Positions 36,924 to 48,071 of a DNA stretch of 64,000 nt are shown here, in pieces. The position numbers and the translations under genes were made by a program. The notes under the pieces were generated by a model. That model saw only the letters and a list, made by a program, of their open reading frames with translations. It ran no database searches and was not told the origin of the DNA. Position 1 is the first letter of the stretch, and each line of letters begins with the position of its first letter. Source of the DNA: an uncultured delta proteobacterium (GTDB taxonomy: Bacteria > Desulfobacterota > Binatia > UBA9968); NCBI GenBank assembly GCA_963760795.1, contig CAVXEP010000029.1, positions 320,001-384,000 on the forward strand, given 5' to 3'.

Positions 36924-38663
36924 ATGAGAGTGGATATGACAGATGTATCGCCCAAAGAGGGAACCATTGCTTACTTCTCAATGGATGTCGCGGTGGATTC
37001 CAATATCCCAACTTATAGCGGCGGCTTGGGCGTCCTGGCCGGCGACATGTTGCGTTCCGCGGCCGATCTGCAGCTGCCGATGGTAGCGGTTTCATTACTG
37101 CACCGTAAAGGCTATTTCGATCAGCGCCTCGACTCTCGCGGCAATCAAATGGAAAGTCCGGTTAAGTGGTCGCCGGAGCGGCATTTGCAACGGTTGACGG
37201 AGCGGGTGACGCTGATTATCGGCAGTCATCCCGTACAGATCGGCGCTTGGCAATATCTATTCACCGGTGTTACCGGCCACACCGTGCCGTTGATCTTTCT
37301 CGACACCGACTTGGCGGAAAACGATTCCAGCGATCGCAGCTTGACTGACTTTCTCTACGGCGGCGATGAACGCTACCGGCTCTGCCAAGAAACGATATTA
37401 GGAATCGCCGGCGTGCTCATGCTGCGCGCCCTCGGTCACAAGGACATTCGCGTGTTTCACATGAACGAGGGCCATTCGGCGCTGGCGACGCTGGCGCTCT
37501 TGGAAGAACATACCGGCGCGGTGCGTGAACGGCGTTATTCGGATAACCAAGTGGAGTCGGTGCGGCGCCAGTGCGTTTTTACCACGCATACGCCAGTAGC
37601 GGCGGGCCATGATCGATTTAATAGCGAATTAGTGTGCCAAGTTTTGGGCGACACGCGTGCCGGTGTGCTCAGCGATCTCCAGGTCATGAACGGTGCGCTC
37701 AATATGACCGAGCTGGCCCTGCGTTTTTCGGGATACGTCAACGGCGTGTCGATGCGCCATGGCGAAGTGTCCCGCGACATGTTTCCCAATCAGCCTATCG
37801 AAGCGATCACCAACGGAGTTCACGCCGCCACCTGGAGCGCGGCGCCGATGGCCGCGTTGTTCGATCGCACTCTACCCAAGTGGCGCGAAGACAACTGTTT
37901 TTTGCGCTACGCTGTGGGGATTCCTTTGCCCGAGTTGCGTCTGGCGCACGCCCAGGCCAAACGGGAGTTGCTACGCCAGGTGCGCTGGCTCACCGGTAGC
38001 CAGCTCGATGATCAAGTTTTCACCCTGGGTTTCGCCCGGCGCGCGACCGGTTACAAGCGCGGCGATTTGCTGTTCACCGATATCGCGCGGCTGAAAAAAA
38101 TTAGCCAACAAGCGGGACCGATCCAGCTTATCTACGCCGGCAAGGCCCATCCGCGGGACGACGGCGGCAAGGCGATCATTCGGCGCATCTTCGAAGCCGC
38201 GGCGTCACTCGCCAACGACGTGCGCGTGGTTTACCTCGAGAACTATGACATGGCGCTGGGGAAAACGCTTTGTTCCGGCGTCGATGTTTGGCTCAATACG
38301 CCGCTGCGACCCCAAGAAGCCTCGGGTACCAGCGGCATGAAGGCCGCGCTCAACGGCGTGCCGAGCTTTAGCGTGCTCGACGGTTGGTGGATCGAGGGCC
38401 ATATCGAAGGCGTGACCGGCTGGTCCGTCGGCGATGCCGCCAACTCGGATAACGATTCCGCTGCGGAAGCGCTCTCGCTGTACCATAAGCTCGAACAGGT
38501 GATCTTGCCGCTCTATTATCGTGAGCCGGATAAATTCGCTCAAGTGATGCGCTCCTCCATCGCCCTCAACGGTTCGTTCTTCAACACTCAGCGCATGTTA
38601 TCCCAATATATGCGTAATGCCTACGCGCCATTGAGCGCCGCCACTGCCAAAGCCTTCGATTGA
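36924..38663 (+). CDS. glgP: Alpha-glucan phosphorylase
   Basis: [48 protein letters not shown]. Confidence 0.93.
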   Translation: MRVDMTDVSPKEGTIAYFSMDVAVDSNIPTYSGGLGVLAGDMLRSAADLQLPMVAVSLLHRKGYFDQRLDSRGNQMESPVKWSPERHLQRLTERVTLIIGSHPVQIGAWQYLFTGVTGHTVPLIFLDTDLAENDSSDRSLTDFLYGGDERYRLCQETILGIAGVLMLRALGHKDIRVFHMNEGHSALATLALLEEHTGAVRERRYSDNQVESVRRQCVFTTHTPVAAGHDRFNSELVCQVLGDTRAGVLSDLQVMNGALNMTELALRFSGYVNGVSMRHGEVSRDMFPNQPIEAITNGVHAATWSAAPMAALFDRTLPKWREDNCFLRYAVGIPLPELRLAHAQAKRELLRQVRWLTGSQLDDQVFTLGFARRATGYKRGDLLFTDIARLKKISQQAGPIQLIYAGKAHPRDDGGKAIIRRIFEAAASLANDVRVVYLENYDMALGKTLCSGVDVWLNTPLRPQEASGTSGMKAALNGVPSFSVLDGWWIEGHIEGVTGWSVGDAANSDNDSAAEALSLYHKLEQVILPLYYREPDKFAQVMRSSIALNGSFFNTQRMLSQYMRNAYAPLSAATAKAFD

Positions 38664-38713
38664 TCCAAAGCTGCTGGTTCGCGCTTGGCTGACGATTCCG
38701 ATTCAAAAAAACT

Positions 38714-39574
38714 CTAGCGAGGGGTTTGGATAAAACTCCTGAGCCGCTCATAGTAGCCATCGCCGCCGGCGATGAAGGTGTCGTTATGGCCCGCGCCCTT
38801 GATCGGATAAAATTGCTTGGGGTGACGTGCGGCGGCGAAGACTCTCTGGCCCTGCTCGAAGGGAATGATCTCATCCTGGTCGCCGTGCAACACGAGCAGC
38901 GGCGCGGTTATCTTCCCAACCTTGTCGATGACGTCAAATTTTGCGCTCAGCATCGGTCCGATCGGCAAAGCGGGTAACATCGCTTTGACCATTTCTCCTA
39001 TCGACGCGAAGGGACTTTCCAAGATGACTGCTCGACTATCGTGGCGGCTCGCCATCTCCGCGGCGACCGCGGCGCCCAGGGAGCGACCGAAGATCACGAG
39101 ATTATTGCTCTCGACCTTCAATTGCCTGCGGACGAATTTCATGGCGGCTTCGCCGTCGAGATAGGTTGTTGTTTCCGAAGAACTGCCGGGGCTGCGGCCG
39201 TAGCCGCGGTAGTCAAAGATAAAAATGCTGATGCCAGTCTTGTCGTGTAGGAGCTTGATGTTGTCCACCCGATCGCCGATGTTGCCGGCGTTGCCATGAA
39301 ACCAAATCATCGTCGCGCTGGCCTGGAGGTGGGGAATGAACCAGCCGTTGAGACGGACATTGTCGGCGGTGGTGAAGTAGAGATCCTGGTATTCGAGTCC
39401 GACATCGCTCGGCGTGCGCGCGATCTCGATCGTGGGATGAAAGATCAGCCGGTTCTCCAAGCCGCAACCGGTTAGCAAGCAGAGCATTACGATTAGAAAA
39501 TTGCCGGCGCCAATGCGTTGCCGCGCCGCCGATTGGCGGTATTTAACTTGGTAGTTCTGAATCAGTCGGACCAA
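38714..39574 (-). CDS. Alpha/beta hydrolase (Bem46/ABHD13-like), possible lipoprotein
   Basis: FHGNAGN, DYRGYGRS, GRSLG, HGDQD, GAGHND; start likely downstream near MLCLLTGC. Confidence 0.88.
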   Translation of the reverse strand: MVRLIQNYQVKYRQSAARQRIGAGNFLIVMLCLLTGCGLENRLIFHPTIEIARTPSDVGLEYQDLYFTTADNVRLNGWFIPHLQASATMIWFHGNAGNIGDRVDNIKLLHDKTGISIFIFDYRGYGRSPGSSSETTTYLDGEAAMKFVRRQLKVESNNLVIFGRSLGAAVAAEMASRHDSRAVILESPFASIGEMVKAMLPALPIGPMLSAKFDVIDKVGKITAPLLVLHGDQDEIIPFEQGQRVFAAARHPKQFYPIKGAGHNDTFIAGGDGYYERLRSFIQTPR

Positions 39575-39613
39575 GGCGGGTCATCCCAGTGAAACTGTGC
39601 CGCGCACCTGGTT

Positions 39614-40129
39614 TCAGTGCTTGTGCTCGCCGCGGAGTTTCCACTCCAGGCCGTCGATGATGCACTCGACGCTCGCCTGCAAAATATCGGCGGCGACACC
39701 GACGGTACCCCAGCGTTCGTTGCCGTCGGCGAAGATCGCCAGCACCCGCACCAGCGCACCGGCGCCGGTTTCCTCTTCATCGCCGGCAACGCCATGCAAC
39801 AGGCGCACGTCGAACTCCTCCAGCGTCACCTCTGACAATTGCGGATAATGTTTCTCAAGGATCTTGCGCATGGCGTTATCGACGGCGTGCACCGGACCCC
39901 GGCCGTGGGCGGCGACCAGCTCTTCGTCGCCGAAAACTTCGATGAGCACGGTAGCCTCAGTGTGGCTGCGATGGCTTTCGATCGCCTGAAAGTCCACTTG
40001 ATCGTCGATCTTGCAGCGCAAGACCCGAAAGGGTTTCAGATAGTCCTGACGGCGCCGGATCGACATCAGTTCAAAAGACGCCCAGGCACCCTCAAGCCGA
40101 AAAAAGTCTTCTTTCAAGTCTCTCGCCAT
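39614..40129 (-). CDS. Stand-alone LeuA/CimA C-terminal allosteric domain
   Basis: EGAWASFEL, EATV, GRGPVHAVDNAMRK..YPQL, VRVL..GNERWGTVGV..ILQAS..DGLEWKL; no catalytic barrel. Confidence 0.8.
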   Translation of the reverse strand: MARDLKEDFFRLEGAWASFELMSIRRRQDYLKPFRVLRCKIDDQVDFQAIESHRSHTEATVLIEVFGDEELVAAHGRGPVHAVDNAMRKILEKHYPQLSEVTLEEFDVRLLHGVAGDEEETGAGALVRVLAIFADGNERWGTVGVAADILQASVECIIDGLEWKLRGEHKH

Positions 40130-40283
40130 GATTGACTCCCGCAATCCCGTTTACGCCATTGACCGTGTGCGCCATTATATTCCTCAAGGTAAAAACTGCC
40201 AGGCCGATCCCGCGCGTCTCGTTATTCAAACTGATCGAGGGAAAAACTTTGCAGTAACGCGCAAGTCTGGTATCCTTTTCCCG

Positions 40284-40859
40284 ATGCCGATGGAAATCAA
40301 GGTACCGGAGAATAGCTTACAGGGGTATTTTCTCCAAGTGGTGCGCCAGAGCTTTTGGCAAGTGGGGATTTATGACGCGACGGTCGCTCAGTATGTCGCC
40401 GACGTCTTGGCCGACTTTGCGCGGACCGACAATCTCTACCAAATGCGCGGCCGGGGCGGACGTAAGATCGACAGCGTCGTCGAGATGCTGGCGCAAGCGC
40501 CGGCGGTGCCGGCCGACGAGGCCGATGTCTTGCGCCAGCGCAGGTTGCGAAAGTACGTGGGCGATTATGCGCTGTTCATGAGCGGGATTTTTCGCAAGTA
40601 CATCGAAGGCAAGGGTTCCCTGGATTATTACATTCAAGAGGGCAGCCGGTCCTATTGGACTGTTTCCGAACTCGATCTTGCGCTCTACCGCACCGGTTAT
40701 TATCTCTACCAGGAGCTTTCGACAAAGTTCGAGTACTATTCCGGCGCGCTCGACTTCATACGCAAGACTCACTTCGCGGCGGCGCCGGGCGAAGACCCAT
40801 TCGCGGGTTTCCTTCGGCAAATTAGAGGCTGGATGAAAATCCACGTGAGCGAGAATTGA
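40284..40859 (+). CDS. Conserved hypothetical protein
   Basis: YVADVLADF..RKYVGDYALFMSGIF..YY..G..SY; coding-like. Confidence 0.75.
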   Translation: MPMEIKVPENSLQGYFLQVVRQSFWQVGIYDATVAQYVADVLADFARTDNLYQMRGRGGRKIDSVVEMLAQAPAVPADEADVLRQRRLRKYVGDYALFMSGIFRKYIEGKGSLDYYIQEGSRSYWTVSELDLALYRTGYYLYQELSTKFEYYSGALDFIRKTHFAAAPGEDPFAGFLRQIRGWMKIHVSEN

Positions 40860-40907
40860 GCACTCTTAACCGGTAATCGCTCCGCTCCAGTCACGGAACT
40901 TGCAAAG

Positions 40908-41948
40908 TTGAAAATCCTCCGCACCGTACTGCTTGCCACGGCGTTGGCTCTGCCGCTGTCAGTGGGGCTGTTCTTCTACAACATTTATTATTCCCGGCCT
41001 GCCAGCGGTACCTATCCAACCGAGGTCAGAGTTGAGTCCGGCGATTCATTCGCCACCGTGACGCGCAAGTTGCGCGAGCAACAGGTGATATCCAACGGTT
41101 TATTTTTTTCCTTATGGGCTCGTTTTAACGGCTCGGAGAAAAAAATTCACCAGGGGCTGTATCGCTTCGAGAACAGTGTCGCACCTTGGGAAGTCTTAGA
41201 ACGGTTGGTGGCCGGCAAAGGGATCTTTCATAGCGTAACCATCCCCGAAGGACTGACGATCAAGGAGATCGCCGAGCTCTTAGACAAGATGCAAATCGCC
41301 GATAAGGCGAAATTTCTCGCCGCCGCCGCCGATTCCAGTGTGCTCACCGCGCTCGGCCTTGGCGATAAAGGTCTCGAAGGATATTTATTCCCCAGCACCT
41401 ATCATTTTACGCCGGCAACGCCGGAACGGGAAATTATCATTGCAATGGCCGAACAGTTCCGCAGATCGGCCCAACCACTATTGGCTAAAACGGCAATGAC
41501 GGCGCAGTTCTCCACGCATGAGCTGCTGACGTTGGCATCGATCGTCGAGAAAGAGACTGGCGTGGAAGCGGAGCGCGGTCGGGTCGCTGCGGTGTTTCAC
41601 AACCGGCTCAAGCGCCAGATGCCGCTGCAGAGCGACCCGACGGTGATTTACGGCCTCAAGGATTTCAACGGCGATTTGACCAAGAAAGACTTGCGCGACG
41701 ACAATCCCTATAACACCTATCGGATCACGGCGTTGCCACCGGGACCGATTTGTAATCCGAGTCTGTCTTCGATTAAGGCGACTCTCAACCCCGCGGATGT
41801 TCCATATATCTATTTCGTCTCGAAGAATGATGGCACTCATGCGTTTTCGGAAACCATCGAAGAGCATAATCAAGCGGTAAAAACCTACCAGCCGGCGCGT
41901 GAAACGCCGCGCCGACAAGTCAAAAACGCCTCGGCGAAACAGCGCTAA
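40908..41948 (+). CDS. mltG: Endolytic transglycosylase MltG
   Basis: TIPEG, LEGYLFPSTY, LASIVEKE, NRL..MPLQSDPTV, PYNTY..LPPGPICNP, YFVS. Confidence 0.95.
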   Translation: MKILRTVLLATALALPLSVGLFFYNIYYSRPASGTYPTEVRVESGDSFATVTRKLREQQVISNGLFFSLWARFNGSEKKIHQGLYRFENSVAPWEVLERLVAGKGIFHSVTIPEGLTIKEIAELLDKMQIADKAKFLAAAADSSVLTALGLGDKGLEGYLFPSTYHFTPATPEREIIIAMAEQFRRSAQPLLAKTAMTAQFSTHELLTLASIVEKETGVEAERGRVAAVFHNRLKRQMPLQSDPTVIYGLKDFNGDLTKKDLRDDNPYNTYRITALPPGPICNPSLSSIKATLNPADVPYIYFVSKNDGTHAFSETIEEHNQAVKTYQPARETPRRQVKNASAKQR

Positions 41949-41992
41949 GCGCGCATTTCAGCTATCATCGACGAGATGTTATAGTTCCCACG

Positions 41993-43387
41993 ATGTTGTC
42001 TCCAAGCCATGGCCCCGAGGGTGAGAGAGCGGAAAATTTGGTTACTCGTGTGGCGGCCCGCTTGGGCAGCCATGTGCTGTGGGATTCACTGTTGATTTTC
42101 ATGCCGGCGGTGCTGGCGGCGCTCTTCATAGCGGTTTCCTTATATCGCGCCGCCTGGATATCGCCGCTGGTTTTTTGGCTCATTGCATCTTGCCTGGCGG
42201 CGGTGGGCCTTTTCTCTGTGATCTTACGCTATAGACCCTTGGTCCCATCGGTGCGGGCAGCGGCCGAGCTGATCGACCGGCAGGCAGTATCCAAGGATCG
42301 CTTTCTTACCTTGGCGACGCTTGAAAGCTCGGCGCAACCGGCGAACTTTGTCGCGCGCTTGCGCCAAGAAACCTTGGGTTTTGGCGAACGCATCCAGTTT
42401 GGCCGCGATTTTCCCTATAAACTAAAACGATCGTTCTATCGCTCGTTGGCGGTGTCGATAGTAGCGGTGGTTTTGTTTCATTTGCTACTTCCGCTAGCCG
42501 AGTCGGTCATCGGGCCGGTGAGCGTGCAACAGAAACTGCGCCAAGTCGCTGAAAAAATGGCCGGGAAAGAATCTCTCAAGCCCCTCGCGCAAGAATTAAA
42601 AGCGCTGGCGGCTAAGCTCGACGACCCGAAAGCGACGCCGGAGGAAAAACAAGCGGCGGCCGAGGAGCTTGAGAAAAAGATCGAGGAGCAAAAAAAGAAA
42701 GAAGAAGAAAAAGAGAACCGCGATCTGCTCAGTCAAGCGGCTAACTCGCTCAAGGGCACCGAGCAGCAGCAACCGGCCAGCGGTGAAGAACAGAAGAAAG
42801 ATCAAGATAAGGGCGCCGGCGGCATTCAGAGCAATGCGCCGCAGGACGGCAAAGGGGAAGGGAAGAAAAGCGAAGGCGGCGGTTCAGACAGCAAGGGCGA
42901 ACAGAGCGCGCAGATGAGCAATGACATGAAGCAGGGCAATGCCGCGCAGGGCAATCCTAAGGAAAAAGGCGAAGAGAAAAACCAACAGTCACAAGGCGAA
43001 GCCAAGAGCGACCAGCGCGACCCCAATCAGCCGGGCAAAGAACAGAACAACGAAAAGACCGGTAAAAACCAAGGCGCTGCGAAAGAGGGAGCGGGAAAAA
43101 ACCAATCGTCGGAAGAGCCGCCCCAAGGGGCGCCGCCGGCGGAGCGATTTTATAAAGCCGGCGAGGGCAAGGAAGGCATCAAAGGGGCGGGTTATGTCAC
43201 GGTGCAGTTACCGGAGGACGTGGTGGCGGACAGCAAGGCCGAGGGCAAACCGACCAAGGCGGGTGGCACTGGCAACCGGACGCGCCCCCAGGTGCCGGTG
43301 AGTAACGCGCCATTGCCCGCGCACGTGCCCAACGCGCCCACGGAAAAACAGCAGATGCCAATCGAATATCGCGGCATCATTCGTTGA
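41993..43387 (+). CDS. Membrane protein with Q/K/E/G-rich low-complexity tail (MoxR-associated)
   Basis: TM helices, AAELIDR..KDRFLT, long polar tail; 12 nt upstream of moxR. Confidence 0.75.
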   Translation: MLSPSHGPEGERAENLVTRVAARLGSHVLWDSLLIFMPAVLAALFIAVSLYRAAWISPLVFWLIASCLAAVGLFSVILRYRPLVPSVRAAAELIDRQAVSKDRFLTLATLESSAQPANFVARLRQETLGFGERIQFGRDFPYKLKRSFYRSLAVSIVAVVLFHLLLPLAESVIGPVSVQQKLRQVAEKMAGKESLKPLAQELKALAAKLDDPKATPEEKQAAAEELEKKIEEQKKKEEEKENRDLLSQAANSLKGTEQQQPASGEEQKKDQDKGAGGIQSNAPQDGKGEGKKSEGGGSDSKGEQSAQMSNDMKQGNAAQGNPKEKGEEKNQQSQGEAKSDQRDPNQPGKEQNNEKTGKNQGAAKEGAGKNQSSEEPPQGAPPAERFYKAGEGKEGIKGAGYVTVQLPEDVVADSKAEGKPTKAGGTGNRTRPQVPVSNAPLPAHVPNAPTEKQQMPIEYRGIIR

Positions 43388-43399
43388 TGGAAAGGGAGT

Positions 43400-44386
<987 letters not shown>

Positions 44387-44424
44387 TCCGAACCTCAAAA
44401 TTGAACGTTAACCGCGCGGTAACC

Positions 44425-44596
44425 ACAAGTATTCTGCAGTGAAGCCATGGGTCTCTACCGCTGAGCAGTGATTAAACTTTGGTCTGTCCCGTCAGCTCGG
44501 GTGGAAAGCGATCGAGTGGAGGGAATAAGACGCTGCGACCGTATCGCAGTGTGGCGTCACTGCTCCGGACTTGCCACTTGCCGAGTAGACTGCCGT
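44425..44596. repeat. Copy A of diverged structured non-coding repeat (candidate ncRNA)
   Basis: Ungapped blocks match 46567-46642 (53/76) and 46684-46720 (26/37), counted by eye; nested stems. Confidence 0.65.
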
Positions 44597-44618
44597 ATTT
44601 CAATTGCGGATTTCAGGA

Positions 44619-45515
44619 TTATTTCATCTTGTTCTTTATCGCTGGGATCGATTTCAAGTAATCGGCGATCGCTAGGACATCCTCTTTGGTCATGTCTTTG
44701 TATCCGTGAGTCGTGCCCCGAATCACCTCTTCCATGAGACCCTGAACGTTATCGAAGTCGGGTTTAACTCCCGTTAGCAACAATTCCGCGATTTCTTCGC
44801 GTTTCCAGTCGCCGATGCCGGTTTCTTTGTCCGGCGTGATGTTAGGAACCAGTTCGCCGATCGGGCCATCTTTGGGCGAGCCTGCCATGTAGAGCGATTG
44901 GTTGGGCACGCCGAATGAGTTTCGCGGTGTGTGGCAATCGCCGCAGATGGCGACATGATTCGCCAGATATTTTCCCCGCTGGATGCCGCTTTTGGGGGCC
45001 AGGGCCGGTGAATCGTAAAAAATACCGAAGGCTTTGAGCCATAACTCGGTGACGACGCTGCGCATAAAGGGTGTAGAGGTCGTCAACTCCGGTGTCGCTT
45101 TTTTGACTGGCTTGAGCGACCTGAGATAGGCCACCAGCGCTTTCAAATCCTCCTGTGCCATGCCGGAGTATAGGGTGTAAGGCATGAGCGGCAGCTGTCG
45201 GCTGCCGTCTTTGCGCAGGCCCTTGATGATTGCATCGATGATCTGTTGATCGGTCCAACTACCCAGACCGGTTTCGTTGTCCGAGGTGAGATTGGTACTG
45301 TAGACTGTGCCGAGCGGGATCTTAAACGGGCGCGCGCCGGCGTTATGGACGCCCTTGGGCTCGGTATGGCAAGCGCAACCGCCGGAGACGGCGAAGATAT
45401 ATTGTCCGCGGGCGACTAATTCTTTTTGACTCCCCTGGGCGTAAGCCGACGGCGTGGCGCATAGAAAGAATAGCCAAAGCAATAGCAGGATTTTTTTGCT
45501 TGTTATCACCGGCAT
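44619..45515 (-). CDS. Periplasmic diheme c-type cytochrome
   Basis: Signal peptide; RGQY..GGCACH (CxCH), NLT..ETGLGSW, MPY; RGKYL..CGDCHTPR, PNITPD..TGIG.W. Confidence 0.88.
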   Translation of the reverse strand: MPVITSKKILLLLWLFFLCATPSAYAQGSQKELVARGQYIFAVSGGCACHTEPKGVHNAGARPFKIPLGTVYSTNLTSDNETGLGSWTDQQIIDAIIKGLRKDGSRQLPLMPYTLYSGMAQEDLKALVAYLRSLKPVKKATPELTTSTPFMRSVVTELWLKAFGIFYDSPALAPKSGIQRGKYLANHVAICGDCHTPRNSFGVPNQSLYMAGSPKDGPIGELVPNITPDKETGIGDWKREEIAELLLTGVKPDFDNVQGLMEEVIRGTTHGYKDMTKEDVLAIADYLKSIPAIKNKMK

Positions 45516-45524
45516 GAAGTCTCC

Positions 45525-46454
45525 TTAGGGGTTGAGTTGCGCGCGAATTCTTTGATCTAAAAACTTGAGCGTGGCATAAAATACTTGATTGATCGGCGCC
45601 ATGGTTCCGGCTCGTCGCAGCATTTGCACCACTATGCCATTGAAGGCTTCGTATTCAAGCGGTTTGCCGGCTTCCAGATCCTGCAGCATGGAGGGTTTGA
45701 ATGCGCCGAGGGTGCGCGAAAACGCCATGATCTCATCGAACTGTTCACGGCGCAGTTCGATGTTGCGCGTGCCTGCGGCCGTTTGCACCTCGGCCATGCA
45801 GTCGAGCGCAAGCGCGGTCAAAGACTCCGATTCGACAATCTGTTTGACGTTGGCGTAGGCCAAACAGCTGATGGCGCAAAACGGTGCATTCCACAGCAGT
45901 TTGGTCCATTGAATTTTTTGAATATCAGCGGTGATCTCACAGGGGATGCCGGCATTGCTGAGGACTTGCCGCAGCGATTTACTCGATTCGCTGACGCCGC
46001 CATTGATCTGCCCAAAGATTATCCGGCCGCCGTTGGCATGGGTGACGACTCCCGGGGCGGTGAGTTGCGCGCCGACATAGACAACTGCCGGCAAGATTTG
46101 ACCAGGGTCAAAAACACGAGCCAGCTTGTCCGGATTATCGACGCCGTTTTGCAGGGAGAGAATTAGCGTTTGGTCGCTTACCAGCTGTTTGATCTGTTCA
46201 GCGGCTACTTCAGTATCGTAGGATTTGACGCAAAAAAGAATCGCATCGACATTGCCAATCGTGGCGGTATCTTTGGTGAACTGCGCCTTGTCGATCTGCA
46301 AGTTGCCATTCTGGCTCGTGACCCGAAGGCCGTTTTCCCTGAGTGCCTGCAAGTGTCGGCCGCGGGCGATGAAGGCTAGCTGATGGCCTGCGGCTGCGAG
46401 TTTCGCGCCGAAATAACCGCCGACAGCACCTGTGCCCATGACAGCGATACGCAT
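45525..46454 (-). CDS. panE: Ketopantoate reductase (PanE/ApbA family)
   Basis: IAVMGTGAVGGYFG, VKSYD, LQNG, WTKLLWN, SMLQDLEAGKPLE. Confidence 0.88.
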   Translation of the reverse strand: MRIAVMGTGAVGGYFGAKLAAAGHQLAFIARGRHLQALRENGLRVTSQNGNLQIDKAQFTKDTATIGNVDAILFCVKSYDTEVAAEQIKQLVSDQTLILSLQNGVDNPDKLARVFDPGQILPAVVYVGAQLTAPGVVTHANGGRIIFGQINGGVSESSKSLRQVLSNAGIPCEITADIQKIQWTKLLWNAPFCAISCLAYANVKQIVESESLTALALDCMAEVQTAAGTRNIELRREQFDEIMAFSRTLGAFKPSMLQDLEAGKPLEYEAFNGIVVQMLRRAGTMAPINQVFYATLKFLDQRIRAQLNP

Positions 46455-46527
46455 AGTGAAAATCCTACTCTGGAGCGACTGTAAGCTCGACCCGGGAGCT
46501 TGTCAATTTAACCCGAAAAGCGCAGCT

Positions 46528-46720
46528 ACAAGTTCACTGTGGGTGGAGGGCAAGCCCCTCAGCGGTGGGCCTCTACCTCTGAGCACTAAATTGACGATGG
46601 TGCGTTCAGTGAGCTCTGTGGGAAAGTGATGGGTCGGAGCGATGGATGGAACCGGACTTTGTGGCCGCCGTCGGAAGGCCGCACCGTTCCGGGCTCACCC
46701 CTCGTCGAAGAGACTGCGGT
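46528..46720. repeat. Copy B of diverged structured non-coding repeat (candidate ncRNA)
   Basis: See copy A; apical hairpin TGTGGCC-loop-GGCCGCA; extra 5' hairpin GGTGGAGG..CCTCTACC. Confidence 0.65.
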
Positions 46721-46809
46721 TTCTGGACAGAAGAGTTTGGAGTTCGGTTCAGTGCACAAGGCCCGTGGGCAGTTTAAGCTTGCCGGGCGCTATGTTATAG
46801 AAATCGGTC

Positions 46810-47010
46810 ATGGAAAAGATCGATCCCCAGCCGGATCATTCAAGTCTTGAGCGCTATCGACCGGGCGCTCAAGTTACTTTTAAAGGCAAGCTCTACTCAA
46901 TTCAGCGCCGCACTACCCTAGCTTCGGGTGAAGCTGCCGTCGTACTGCAGAACGATAGCGAGCAGTTCGTCGTCGGCGCCACTCAGTTTCTTGCCGCCGT
47001 CAGTGCTTAA
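46810..47010 (+). CDS. Hypothetical small protein
   Basis: 66 aa, preceded by TGnTATAGA extended -10; beta-rich. Confidence 0.6.
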   Translation: MEKIDPQPDHSSLERYRPGAQVTFKGKLYSIQRRTTLASGEAAVVLQNDSEQFVVGATQFLAAVSA

Positions 47011-47042
47011 CTTCGCCAATATCTATCGAACAGGAGTTCATC

Positions 47043-48035
47043 ATGGGTAAAATTCGGTTGACATTATCTTGCTGGGACTATGACCGCACCCGTGCTTTGC
47101 AAGACGGGCGCGTCGAGGTCGAGGGCGTCGATCTGACCTACTTGCCGCTGCGCGTGGAGGAGACGTTTTGGCGTATGTTACGCTACGGTGAATTCGATGT
47201 CGCCGAGATGTCTACCGGTTCTTTCTTAATGTCGCGCGACAAGGGCGCGCCCAGACTGATCGGTATTCCAGTCTTTCCGTCGAAGACTTTTCGCCACTCA
47301 TGCATTTACATCAACACCGACTCGGGCATCAAAAAACCGGCGGACATGGCGGGCAAGCGCGTCGGCGTTCCCGAATATCAGATTACCATGGCGACCTGGG
47401 CGCGCGGCATCTTGCAGCATGAATACGGCGTGTTGCCGGAAAAAATGCAATGGTTTACCGGCGGCGAGGAAACCCCTGGACGCCAGGACAAGGTGCAGCA
47501 TAAGCTGCCGCCCAACATAGACATTCAACCTATCCCGGGCGACAAGACGCTGTCCGGCATGCTCGAGCGCGGCGAGATCGACGCGATGATCTCGGCGCAT
47601 ATGCCATCACCGTTTGTGCGCCGTCATCCCAAAGTGCAGCGGCTGATCCCCAACTTCCGTGAAGTGGAAGCCGACTATTTCAAGCGCACGAAGGTTTTTC
47701 CAATCATGCACACCATCGTGATTCGCGAAGAGTTTTACGAACAGCATCCATGGATCGCCCAGAGCTTGTTCAAAGCCTTCAACGAATCCAAACGGATCTG
47801 CCAGGAAGCGATGTACGAGTTTTCTGCCCTTAAATATATGATGGCTTGGTCCATCGACGAGATGGAAAAGGAGCGGGAAGCTCTTGGGCCCGATCCCTGG
47901 GCCTATGGTCTGGAAGCCAATCGCCATATTCTCGAAACTTTAGTGCAGTACACCCACGAGCAAGGTTTGATTAGCAAAAAGCTTGACGTCGATGCGCTGT
48001 TTGCCAAGAGCACGCTGGAGGATTTCAAGATTTAG
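47043..48035 (+). CDS. 4,5-dihydroxyphthalate decarboxylase-like / PBP2-fold protein
   Basis: DYDRT, ETFWRM..FDVAEMS, PVFPS..FRHS, GVPEYQ.T, FPIMH, WAYGLEANR. Confidence 0.85.
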   Translation: MGKIRLTLSCWDYDRTRALQDGRVEVEGVDLTYLPLRVEETFWRMLRYGEFDVAEMSTGSFLMSRDKGAPRLIGIPVFPSKTFRHSCIYINTDSGIKKPADMAGKRVGVPEYQITMATWARGILQHEYGVLPEKMQWFTGGEETPGRQDKVQHKLPPNIDIQPIPGDKTLSGMLERGEIDAMISAHMPSPFVRRHPKVQRLIPNFREVEADYFKRTKVFPIMHTIVIREEFYEQHPWIAQSLFKAFNESKRICQEAMYEFSALKYMMAWSIDEMEKEREALGPDPWAYGLEANRHILETLVQYTHEQGLISKKLDVDALFAKSTLEDFKI

Positions 48036-48071
48036 GCTTGTCTCCGCGTATCCATCAGTTAGACTAAAAGT

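Noticed and set aside
46611-46775. 6S RNA or SRP RNA
   Set aside because: There is no SRP helix-8 motif, the bubble geometry is too asymmetric for 6S, and the usual zapA/ygfA context is absent; kept as an unknown repeat instead.
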